A DNA stretch of 24,000 nucleotides. It comes from Alphaproteobacteria bacterium (GTDB lineage Bacteria; Pseudomonadota; Alphaproteobacteria; Paracaedibacterales; CAIULA01). Under the pieces are notes generated by a model. That model was not told where the DNA came from, searched no databases, and was given only the letters and a program-made list of their open reading frames with translations. The stretch lies in assembly GCA_026400645.1 (NCBI GenBank), contig JAPLOP010000008.1:11484-35483 (forward strand). The letters run 5' to 3'. Below, one piece after another: positions 1 to 7,774 of the stretch. A program made the position numbers and the translations under genes. Position 1 is the first letter of the stretch. Each line of letters begins with the position of its first letter.

Positions 1-905
1 GCGAAGACGTTCAGAATGCGATTTCTGCAGCCAATTGGGGCAGCGTTATTTTGTTGGAAAACCTGCGCTATTATCCAGGTGAAGAAGCAAACGATCCAGA
101 ATTCGCCGAACAATTGGCAAAGCTTGGTGATATTTATGTCAACGACGCCTTTTCATGTTCACACAGGGCGCACGCATCCGTAACAAGCATCACCCAATAT
201 TTACCCTCTGTCGCAGGGCGCGCCATGCAGGGTGAATTGGAACATCTGGACAAAGCGCTCACAACACCCAAGCATCCAGTGGTGGCCATTGTTGGGGGAT
301 CGAAAATATCAACAAAGCTCGATTTATTGCTCAATTTAAGCCACAAGGTAGATACGCTTGTAATTGGCGGGGGCATGGCCAATACGATGCTGGCAGCGCA
401 AGGAATTGACGTAGGGCAATCTCTTTTCGAGCCGAACTTACTAGACACAGCGCGTCGTATTTTGACGGAATCCAAGGCCGAAATCATTTTGCCAGATGAT
501 GTGGTCGTAGCCGCTGATTTAAACGATGGCACCAACAGTTATATGGTGGCTGCCAACGCAATCCCCGGTGATCAAAAAGTCTTTGATATCGGGCCCCTGA
601 CGGTGGAAAAAATTAAAAGCTACCTTGATCGAGCATCCACTATAGTATGGAATGGTCCTGTTGGGGCCTATGAATATGCACCCTTTGACCAAGCCACCAC
701 AAAGATTGCCCAACACGTTGCCGTCTTAACATCAACACGCGGGGTGATTAGCGTGGCTGGCGGCGGAGAAACCGTAGAATCCCTGGGGAAAGCGGGTGTT
801 ACCGACAAGTTTAGCTATGTCTCAACAGCTGGCGGGGCATTCTTGGAATGGTTAGAGGGGAAAACCCTGCCCGGGGTTGCTGCTTTGGAAAAAGCAGGGG
901 AATAA
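1..905 (+). CDS. pgk: phosphoglycerate kinase, C-terminal ~300 codons (5' end is upstream of the window)
   Basis: The frame is open from the window edge (..AANWGSVILLENLRYYPGEE..). PGK hallmarks are present: LLENLRxxxGEE, YVNDAFSCSHRAHAS and the C-terminal STAGGAFLEWLEGKTLPGV. Stop TAA at 903-905. The TTG at 51 used by the ORF track is internal, not the true start. Confidence 0.95.
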   Translation, partial: EDVQNAISAANWGSVILLENLRYYPGEEANDPEFAEQLAKLGDIYVNDAFSCSHRAHASVTSITQYLPSVAGRAMQGELEHLDKALTTPKHPVVAIVGGSKISTKLDLLLNLSHKVDTLVIGGGMANTMLAAQGIDVGQSLFEPNLLDTARRILTESKAEIILPDDVVVAADLNDGTNSYMVAANAIPGDQKVFDIGPLTVEKIKSYLDRASTIVWNGPVGAYEYAPFDQATTKIAQHVAVLTSTRGVISVAGGGETVESLGKAGVTDKFSYVSTAGGAFLEWLEGKTLPGVAALEKAGE

Positions 906-913
906 AAAGTCTT

Positions 914-944
914 GCGGCCCGCGATGGTGTTCATCGCGAGCCGC
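914..944. terminator. GC-rich hairpin between convergent pgk and lipase genes (possible bidirectional terminator)
   Basis: gcggcccgcgatg-gtgtt-catcgcgagccgc forms a 13-bp stem with one mismatch and a 5-nt loop. An A5 run lies 5' on the + strand, which reads as a T5 run 3' on the - strand. The U-tract is offset by about 5 nt from the stem, so this is not a textbook terminator. Confidence 0.4.
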
Positions 945-983
945 CGTGAATAGGTATAGCAATTTCATAAACGTTGCTGCAGC

Positions 984-2003
984 TTACCCGAATAACCCAC
1001 CCCAGTAACTTTTTGCTGCCTGAAAACCACTTGTTATGTTTTCAGCTATCGATTTTACGCCTTCCGCTATCGTTGCTGCGATATCCGCAGCTTGCGTCCA
1101 AAAACCTTTGTGTTGCAATATTTGAACAGGCTCGTCTGATTGGGCATCCCTTTTCATTGCCGACAAAGAATGATGTTTTAGTGGGTTCCAGCTTTCTTCT
1201 GCAGCCAAAGCAACAGACAAACCAACATGTTTAAATCCAGTAAAATACCCAAAAAATAATTGTGTCCCCAAGGAAACCATGGATACAATATCATTTTTTC
1301 TCCAAAGTCGAATGCTGTGATCCTCCAGCAGTGAATCGATAATTTCTGCAGCAGCCTTGTCAGCAACACGCGGAGAATTAAAAGTCACCAAATCAAGGCT
1401 TGCATCCGGGCGTGCTTTTTTAATATCAGCGGCCGCAAGTGTTGCAAGCGCACCCCCTAGGCTGTGGCCCGTAACACAAAAGTCGACATCATCGTAACCC
1501 AATGAATTGTTCTTCATGATTGAATCGATGTTGGAACGTATTACATCCCGACTTTGTAAATAACGATCCAAAAAACCACCATGAAAATTTCCATCGATTC
1601 CGATGCTTTCCCCTGATTTTTTCATGGCATAAAGATTTGTTAACCAATCAGATGAACATTCAGTACCATGAAAAGCAATGGTAATCTTATGACGACCTAA
1701 TTCATCCACTTTATAACTAATAAAGCCCGCGGACTGGCCGTCTCTTTCTTGTGTTGTTGCATAAAAATTAAAAACTTGTTCAGCTTGGGCCATTCGATTG
1801 CGATCAACTATACTCTCCGGCTTATTATAAGCAGCAGAAGCATAATCGCTGGCATCCCTAATAAGAGCCCCACAACTGCGCGGAGAAACCAAAAAAGTAT
1901 CATCCGATATATCAACAAGGTCATGCATTTCAACCGGTATGTCTGCAAAAATAGCCGACGCCGACAACAAAAGAACAGCGGCTAATTTTCCGATTTTAAA
2001 CAT
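984..2003 (-). CDS. secreted class-3 (Lipase_3 / alpha-beta hydrolase) lipase, paralog 1
   Basis: Nucleophile elbow VTGHSLGGALATLAAADIK (GxSxG) with the upstream FHGTE..W and FHGGFLDRY blocks typical of the fungal/class-3 lipase family. The preferred start is the ATG at 2003, preceded by GGAGAGAAGA, giving MFKIGKLAAVLLLSASAIFA, which looks like a Sec signal peptide. The longer ORF to 2117 has no such support. Confidence 0.85.
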   Translation of the reverse strand: MFKIGKLAAVLLLSASAIFADIPVEMHDLVDISDDTFLVSPRSCGALIRDASDYASAAYNKPESIVDRNRMAQAEQVFNFYATTQERDGQSAGFISYKVDELGRHKITIAFHGTECSSDWLTNLYAMKKSGESIGIDGNFHGGFLDRYLQSRDVIRSNIDSIMKNNSLGYDDVDFCVTGHSLGGALATLAAADIKKARPDASLDLVTFNSPRVADKAAAEIIDSLLEDHSIRLWRKNDIVSMVSLGTQLFFGYFTGFKHVGLSVALAAEESWNPLKHHSLSAMKRDAQSDEPVQILQHKGFWTQAADIAATIAEGVKSIAENITSGFQAAKSYWGGLFG

Positions 2004-2133
2004 TCTTCTCTCCAAATAAATTAATGAACCCAACGGCTTAGCATACATATAGTGACCGGCTGCTTGCATGTCAAGTATATTTATCCAACACACAATAAAA
2101 TAATATAAAAAATGCAATACGACTCGCGCGGCA

Positions 2134-3123
2134 CTAAAATAATCGCGTCATTCGACTTGTGGTTGTTTTCAACCCTTCGGTTACTTTCGTCCAAACCTCT
2201 TTACGGGGCTGTATCTGCTGGACTGGTTCTTTTGCAAAAGCAGACCCCCTTATGGACAAAAACAGCGACAACAATGAATGATTTTTAATGGAAAACCTCT
2301 CCTCCTCTGGGGCTAAAGGAACGGATAGGCCAACATGTTTGTATCCGGTAAAAAACCCCAAATTCACGGCGTTTCCAGGTATCATCATGGTGAATGGATC
2401 TCCCTTGCGCCAGATACGAACAGACCGATTGTCCAATAGATTTTCAATAAAAGATGCCCCTGTATCATCAACAACACGCGGAGAGCTAAACGTCACCAAA
2501 TCAAGTCCGCCAATATTTTTGTATTTATTCTTGATATCGGCGGCCGCCAGCGTTGAAAGCGCCCCGCCCAAACTGTGTCCCGTGAAAAGAAAGTCTATTG
2601 AATCAAGCGAACAGCCTTTGTTTTTTACAATTTCATTAATGATTGAAAAAACAGCCTCGCGACTTTGCAGGTAACGGTCCAAAAAACCGCTGTGGACATA
2701 TCCAGCGATGCCAATCTGGGAACCGGATGATTTCCAAAACTTAACGTTTGTGGCCCAATCATCGTTATCTTCTATTGTGGTTTCAGTACCCCGAAAGGAA
2801 ACAGTGATTTTATGACGACCCGTTGCCTTGTCCATTGTGTGACTGGCAAATCCTGCTGGCAAATCCTTGCGACCCGGCTTTACCGAATAAAAAGGAACAA
2901 CGTCTTGGATTTCGGACAGCTTGTCACGTTGATCAATATTGCTGGGATAGGCAGCACTGGCAGCAATGACGGCTTTTTTGATAAGACGCGCCTGATTACA
3001 GAAACGATCAAAATCATCAATATCCTCATCCAATGCGGGTGTAACGATAGACGGTTTAGAAAAAAAATTCGTGACCGAATACAATAAATCGGTAGAAAGC
3101 CTTACCAAACGAATCATTTTCAT
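2134..3123 (-). CDS. class-3 lipase, paralog 2 (no obvious signal peptide)
   Basis: FTGHSLGGALSTLAAADIK plus VHSGFLDRYLQSRE and FTGYKHVGLSV are collinear with paralog 1 over essentially the whole catalytic domain. The start is uncertain: ATG at 3123, 3117 or 3138, or TTG at 3159. None has a clear SD. The N-terminus MKMIRLVRLSTDLLYSV is not signal-peptide-like. Confidence 0.8.
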   Translation of the reverse strand: MKMIRLVRLSTDLLYSVTNFFSKPSIVTPALDEDIDDFDRFCNQARLIKKAVIAASAAYPSNIDQRDKLSEIQDVVPFYSVKPGRKDLPAGFASHTMDKATGRHKITVSFRGTETTIEDNDDWATNVKFWKSSGSQIGIAGYVHSGFLDRYLQSREAVFSIINEIVKNKGCSLDSIDFLFTGHSLGGALSTLAAADIKNKYKNIGGLDLVTFSSPRVVDDTGASFIENLLDNRSVRIWRKGDPFTMMIPGNAVNLGFFTGYKHVGLSVPLAPEEERFSIKNHSLLSLFLSIRGSAFAKEPVQQIQPRKEVWTKVTEGLKTTTSRMTRLF

Positions 3124-3249
3124 CTTAACAACAACCATATGCCAAATTGAACATGTCAAACATGTAATGGCAGTATTTTTGTTTTCAAGTATTTTTTATA
3201 ATTTGATTCGAAAATGTAGGAGCATTAATTTGGGAACCACGCGATTCCT

Positions 3250-3678
3250 CTATGTGCTGGTCTGCTCGGCCCAGGAAACATCGTAATCTGTAAATCCAAA
3301 ATGATAGGAAATTTCATGCACCATCACGTGGCGCACAACTTTTTCCAATGTTTCACCGTTATCGCGGGCATATCGAATCAGGGGCCCCCGGTATAAATAG
3401 ATCAAATCCGGCATAGAAACAGAGCCTTCTGATTTTTTGGCAGAAACAGGCAGCCCCCGATACAAACCCAAAAGATCATATTTATCCTTGATCTTCAGAC
3501 TACCCAAAGTTTGCTCGTCTGAAAAATTTTCCACCTTAACACACAGGGAATCTAGCAAAATTTGAAACTTTTCTGGTAGACTGTCAATTGTTCGCTGTGC
3601 CAACACGTAAAAATCAGCTATGTCCGGCAATGAAGTAATGCTTTTTGTACGATATTTAGAAAGATTTTGCGCGTCCAT
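3250..3678 (-). CDS. small zincin-like metallopeptidase family protein (DUF1025/Zincin_1-like) with variant metal motif
   Basis: 142 aa. The C-terminal block VVRHVMVHEISYHFGFTDYD matches the family pattern HEIGHHFGxxDxD as I recall it. Same strand as, and upstream of, the two lipase genes. Confidence 0.65.
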   Translation of the reverse strand: MDAQNLSKYRTKSITSLPDIADFYVLAQRTIDSLPEKFQILLDSLCVKVENFSDEQTLGSLKIKDKYDLLGLYRGLPVSAKKSEGSVSMPDLIYLYRGPLIRYARDNGETLEKVVRHVMVHEISYHFGFTDYDVSWAEQTST

Positions 3679-3801
3679 AAGATGCCTTCGTATATGTATG
3701 GTAGTAACAATAGCCCCTATTAACTACTGTAGCGGAAAAAGGTTAACAAAATGCCTATACGAGCAATAAAAAAACACAAAACGAATAAATAATTTAAAGA
3801 G

Positions 3802-4317
3802 ATGAAAATGAAAGCCTTTATGAGAGTCAAACTATGGGGGGTATTGCTCCTTGTTACGCCGTTGTTGTTGGGTGGATGTGCCGATGCTATCGTCTCGGCT
3901 GTCAAATCGGTATTTAGCCTTCAAACAGCCAAAGTTTGGCTTGAAAAAGTGTGCTTTAAGGCATCAAATGACGTTAATGATGGATCGCCCGTAACGGTGC
4001 ACATATTGATTATCTACAAACCAGATTTATTGGCAGAATTGTCAAAGATGGATTCAGATGCCTATTTTCAAAAAGCAACACAAATCAAAACAGACAACCC
4101 AGAAGACCTGGATCTTTTCAAATATGATATCATCCGTGGACAAAAATTGGACAATGTGCCGATTACACCTTCCAAAGTAAGCGGGGAAGGTGTATTAATA
4201 TTTGCGCGCTATAGCAGCCCTGGGGCTCATCGTGTTGCTGTAGGAAGCGAAAAGGAAATTATTATTCAGCTTGATAAACTTGATTTTAAAATAATCCCCG
4301 CTATCCCCACCAAATAA
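3802..4317 (+). CDS. lipoprotein of unknown function, possibly TssJ (T6SS-SciN)-like
   Basis: Signal peptide plus lipobox: MKMKAFMRVKLWGVLLLVTPLLLGG|C (Cys26). Length is 171 aa. The pattern KASNDVNDGSPVTVHILIIY..DAYF....GVLIFARYSSPGAHRV resembles the TssJ layout (N..sPvvVriYqL...F..aDf ... ylgvvAafr...wr). That comparison is from memory only. Confidence 0.7.
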   Translation: MKMKAFMRVKLWGVLLLVTPLLLGGCADAIVSAVKSVFSLQTAKVWLEKVCFKASNDVNDGSPVTVHILIIYKPDLLAELSKMDSDAYFQKATQIKTDNPEDLDLFKYDIIRGQKLDNVPITPSKVSGEGVLIFARYSSPGAHRVAVGSEKEIIIQLDKLDFKIIPAIPTK

Positions 4318-4344
4318 AGCACCTATAGGAATGATGATTATACT

Positions 4345-5754
4345 ATGACCAATTCCACCAATCCAGACCCGTCCACTTTAACCCTGGCAGGGCAATGGGA
4401 AAGAATCTGCGAACAGTTGCATCAAGACTATGGCGAGGCAGCCTTTAAAAGCTGGATAAAACCACTGCGCCTTGGGGAAATAAAGGATGGGAAAGTCTGT
4501 TTTATTGCCCCGAGCCGCTTCATGAAAGATTGGATTCTGGCCAATTATGGGGAAAGATTATCATCTTATTGGCGCCATTATGTCCCAAACCTAAGGGGTA
4601 TTGAAATTGATGTCAGTTTCGTGCCCGGGGTTGCGCCCGGGGGCCCAACAACCGGTACATCCGAAAAAAGCGAACCCGCCGCCGCGTCATGGAGCACACA
4701 CAACGACGAAGCCGAAGACAATCGCGATGACGTCAGTGCCGCATTGGATGCACGCTTTACATTTGAAAATTTTGTCGTCGGCAAACCGAACGAACTTGCC
4801 TATGCAGCGGCGCTCAGGGCAGCTGAATCACAAACCCCTACATTCAATCCGCTTTTCCTTTATGGGGGCGTTGGCCTTGGTAAAACTCACTTAATGCATG
4901 CCATCGCATGGCACATCAAAAAAGTTCACCCCACGCGCAAAGTTATTTATCTTTCCGCAGAAAAATTTATGTACCAATTTATTCGGGCACTTCGCTATAA
5001 AGACACAGTCTCGTTTAAGGATCTGTTCCGAAGTGTCGATGTTCTGATGGTCGACGATGTTCAATTTATTAGCGGCAAAGACACAACACAGGAAGAATTT
5101 TTTCATACATTCAATGCATTGGTTGATAACAATCGACAGGTCATAGTCTCCGCCGATAAATCACCATCCGATCTTGAAAAAATGGAGGAACGCCTTAAAT
5201 CCCGCTTGGGGTGGGGCCTTGTGGCAGATATTCACCCAACAACTTATGAACTGCGTCTGGGTATCCTTCAAGCAAAAGTTGATGCCATGAAAGTCATCAT
5301 TCCAAAGGATGTGATGGAATTTCTGGCATTCAAAATCAGCTCCAACATTCGGGAGCTTGAAGGGGCGCTGAATCGTATTGTTGCGCATTCTACGTTGGTT
5401 GGACGCAACATCACATTGGACACAACACAAGAAGTGCTTCGTGATTTGTTACGCTCGACAGATCGTCGCCTGACCATCGAAGACATTCAAAAACGTGTTT
5501 GTGAATTTTACAGCATCAAGCTGTCTGATTTGTTGTCCACAAAGCGCCTGCAGGTCATCACACGCCCGCGTCAGGTGGCGATGTACCTTTCCAAAATATT
5601 AACAACAAAATCCTTGCCGGAAATCGGCCGTAAATTCGGTGGACGTGATCATACAACGGTCCTGCATTCGGTCCGTAAAGTTCAGCAAACATGTACCGAA
5701 AATACAGAATTTGCCAACGATGTGAATACATTAAAACGATCTTTGGAGTCCTAG
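4345..5754 (+). CDS. dnaA: chromosomal replication initiator protein DnaA
   Basis: 469 aa. AAA+ Walker A LYGGVGLGKTHL, Walker B LMVDDVQF, sensor/box VII IVSADKSP, and the C-terminal DNA-binding helix-turn-helix RPRQVAMYLSKILTTKSLPEIGRKFGGRDHTTVLHSVRKV. Confidence 0.97.
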   Translation: MTNSTNPDPSTLTLAGQWERICEQLHQDYGEAAFKSWIKPLRLGEIKDGKVCFIAPSRFMKDWILANYGERLSSYWRHYVPNLRGIEIDVSFVPGVAPGGPTTGTSEKSEPAAASWSTHNDEAEDNRDDVSAALDARFTFENFVVGKPNELAYAAALRAAESQTPTFNPLFLYGGVGLGKTHLMHAIAWHIKKVHPTRKVIYLSAEKFMYQFIRALRYKDTVSFKDLFRSVDVLMVDDVQFISGKDTTQEEFFHTFNALVDNNRQVIVSADKSPSDLEKMEERLKSRLGWGLVADIHPTTYELRLGILQAKVDAMKVIIPKDVMEFLAFKISSNIRELEGALNRIVAHSTLVGRNITLDTTQEVLRDLLRSTDRRLTIEDIQKRVCEFYSIKLSDLLSTKRLQVITRPRQVAMYLSKILTTKSLPEIGRKFGGRDHTTVLHSVRKVQQTCTENTEFANDVNTLKRSLES

Positions 5755-5862
5755 AATAACTTTCAGTCATTTGCCCGAAAATCGTAGCACCAAAAAACAT
5801 GGTGCAATTTTCAAAAAAACGTCATAGACTTTTTAGTAGAGTTTCTTATATGTGGCATAAAA

Positions 5863-7203
5863 ATGACGTCAAAAGCTATTTCGATTGAGGATTATCCTGG
5901 CGCAACAGGAACACGGGACATTTCAAAATCATATCGCTATTGGCGCCTGCGTATAATGTATTCCATGATGATGGGATATGCTGGATTTTATCTTATTCGG
6001 CAAAATTTCACGATGGCCATTCCATCCATGCAATCAGAATTAGGGTATAGCAAAACCCAAATAGGATGGATCATTACCAGCGCAGCCATTGTCTATGGCC
6101 TTGGCAAAGGCCTGAGCGGGCTTTTAAGCGACCGCAGCAATGCCCGTTATTTTATGACGTTTGGCTTGTTTATGTCTGCCGTGATGAACCTGTGCATGGG
6201 ATTTAGCTCTACCCTGCCATCATTGATGATTTTTTGGACATTAAATTCGTGTTTCCAATCCATGGGATGGCCGCCCTGCGCCCGTCTTTTAACGCATTGG
6301 TTCTGCCCCAAAGAAATTGGGACAAAATGGGCCCTTTGGAATACGTCTCAACAAATTGGCGGCGCCGCTATTTTGGTTATGGCCGGCTTTTTGATCGAAA
6401 ATTATGGATGGCGCTATGCCTTTTATGTGCCAGGAATAATTTGCTTATTCTTGTCTGTCTTTTTGTTTAATCGTTTACGGGATACACCCCAATCATTGGG
6501 CTTGCCATCCGTGGAGGAATACAAGGGACTTGTGAAGACCGCCCAGGATCACGAAGAGCAAAATCTAACGATGCGCGAAATTATCGTCGAAAAAGTTCTG
6601 AAAAACAAACTGGTTTGGTATGTGTGTTTTGCCAACTTTTTTCTATACATTGTGCGCATGGCCGTTTTCAATTGGGCCCCAACATTTTTAAGGGAATTCA
6701 AGGGAAGCCCGATCGAAACAGCCGGATGGCAATCAGCAACATTTGATGTGGCCGGAATGTTCGGTGGCGTTGTCGCTGGATATCTTTCTGATAAAATATT
6801 CCGCGGACACAGGGGCCAAGTTGGATCCATATTTATGGTGCTTTTGGCATTTTGCGTGCTATTTTTGTGGAACGCCCCCGCAGGGCAAGTTTGGCTTCAT
6901 TTTATAGGCATGGCAACGATCGGATTTTTAGTGTCAGGTCCCCAGATACTGGTTGGCGTGGCAGCAACAGACTTTGCATCCAAAAAGGCAGCGGGGGCAG
7001 CATCGGGCCTTACGGGGATATTTGGATACCTCGGGACAGCCGTGACTGGCGTTGGTGTTGGCGCAATTGTTGATAATTACGGATGGGATTATGCCTTTAT
7101 GTTGGTAACCGCATCCGCCTTGCTTGGTGCCGTGTTTTTCTCATTAACATGGAATCACCGATCCAAAGTTCTGGAAGAGCTCGACAAAGCCAATTTGGAA
7201 TAG
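5863..7203 (+). CDS. MFS transporter, organophosphate:Pi antiporter (OPA) family (GlpT/UhpT/UhpC-like)
   Basis: 446 aa and collinear with E. coli GlpT as recalled: YRYWRLRI, FYLIRQNF, LSDRSNARYF, QSMGWPPCARLLTHWF, LRDTPQSLGLPSVEEY, KIFRGHRG, ASKKAAGAASGLTGIFGYLG. The substrate (G3P versus hexose-phosphate) cannot be decided by eye. Confidence 0.9.
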   Translation: MTSKAISIEDYPGATGTRDISKSYRYWRLRIMYSMMMGYAGFYLIRQNFTMAIPSMQSELGYSKTQIGWIITSAAIVYGLGKGLSGLLSDRSNARYFMTFGLFMSAVMNLCMGFSSTLPSLMIFWTLNSCFQSMGWPPCARLLTHWFCPKEIGTKWALWNTSQQIGGAAILVMAGFLIENYGWRYAFYVPGIICLFLSVFLFNRLRDTPQSLGLPSVEEYKGLVKTAQDHEEQNLTMREIIVEKVLKNKLVWYVCFANFFLYIVRMAVFNWAPTFLREFKGSPIETAGWQSATFDVAGMFGGVVAGYLSDKIFRGHRGQVGSIFMVLLAFCVLFLWNAPAGQVWLHFIGMATIGFLVSGPQILVGVAATDFASKKAAGAASGLTGIFGYLGTAVTGVGVGAIVDNYGWDYAFMLVTASALLGAVFFSLTWNHRSKVLEELDKANLE

Positions 7204-7363
7204 GCGTTCTATGCGCATTCCCGATTGTCCGGGTCCGCATACATGTGAACCCGCACATTAAAAATATTGCCTAATTGGTAGTCTTGAGGTACATATAATA
7301 TAACACCTTGTGGGTAACGCCTTGTGGCAGTAAATTTTAAAACCATTTTTGAGGACTTGAAGA

Positions 7364-7597
7364 ATGAAAAAAGGAATCCATCCTGAATATCATCCCATTA
7401 CAGTTGTAATGACAGACGGAACCAGTTTTGTAACCCGCAGCACATGGGGAAAAGAAGGCGATACGATTCGTCTTGATATCGATCCCTTGTCACATCCAGC
7501 ATGGACGGGCGCTGGTCACAAATTGATGGATACCGGCGGTCAAATCAGCAAGTTCAGCAAGCGTTACCAAAATTTTGGATTAGAGAATAACGCTTAA
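7364..7597 (+). CDS. rpmE: 50S ribosomal protein L31 (bL31)
   Basis: [19 protein letters not shown]......[13 protein letters not shown] is the canonical L31 N-terminus and core. 77 aa. The CxxC zinc ribbon cysteines are absent. Confidence 0.95.
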   Translation: MKKGIHPEYHPITVVMTDGTSFVTRSTWGKEGDTIRLDIDPLSHPAWTGAGHKLMDTGGQISKFSKRYQNFGLENNA

Positions 7598-7634
7598 AGT
7601 ATATACGCATTTTGCGTAAACCACCAAAAACCAG

Positions 7635-7721
7635 CTCCCCCGTCACCCCGTGGCTTGACCAGGAAACCTGTAGGTTTCCCCATGTGGATCCCGCGATCAA
7701 GTCGCGGGATGACGGGAGGGG
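7635..7721 (-). repeat. nested-palindrome repeat, family 2, copy 1 (inverse orientation, variant inner hairpin)
   Basis: ctcccccgtcaccccgtggcttgacca..tggatcccgcgatcaagtcgcgggatgacgggagggg. Its two ends match the reverse complement of 22794-22865 almost base for base. The outer inverted repeat is cccgtca/tgacggg. The hairpin cccgcga-tcaag-tcgcggg is intact. Confidence 0.85.
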
Positions 7722-7774
7722 TATTTCACGAAAAATAATCCAAATTTTGTGCCCCTTAAAGGACGGTTAAAGCG

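Noticed and set aside
134-535. 133-aa antisense ORF inside pgk (also 519-716).
   Set aside because: Fully embedded antisense to a strongly supported PGK reading frame, with low-complexity composition and no family resemblance.
2004-2117. N-terminal extensions offered by the ORF track for lipase 1 (to 2117), DUF4280 (to 17632), the LRR protein (from 17763) and the membrane protein (to 19993).
   Set aside because: The internal ATGs give a signal peptide or the family-typical N-terminus, and for lipase 1 and DUF4280 they have an SD. The extensions use non-ATG starts or run into intergenic repeats.
4318-5862. oriC or DnaA-box cluster flanking dnaA.
   Set aside because: I found no TTATCCACA/TGTGGATAA matches with one mismatch or fewer by eye in 3679-3801, 4318-4344 or 5755-5862. 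The tgtggatcc at 7683-7691 is part of the family-2 repeat. No origin claim is made.
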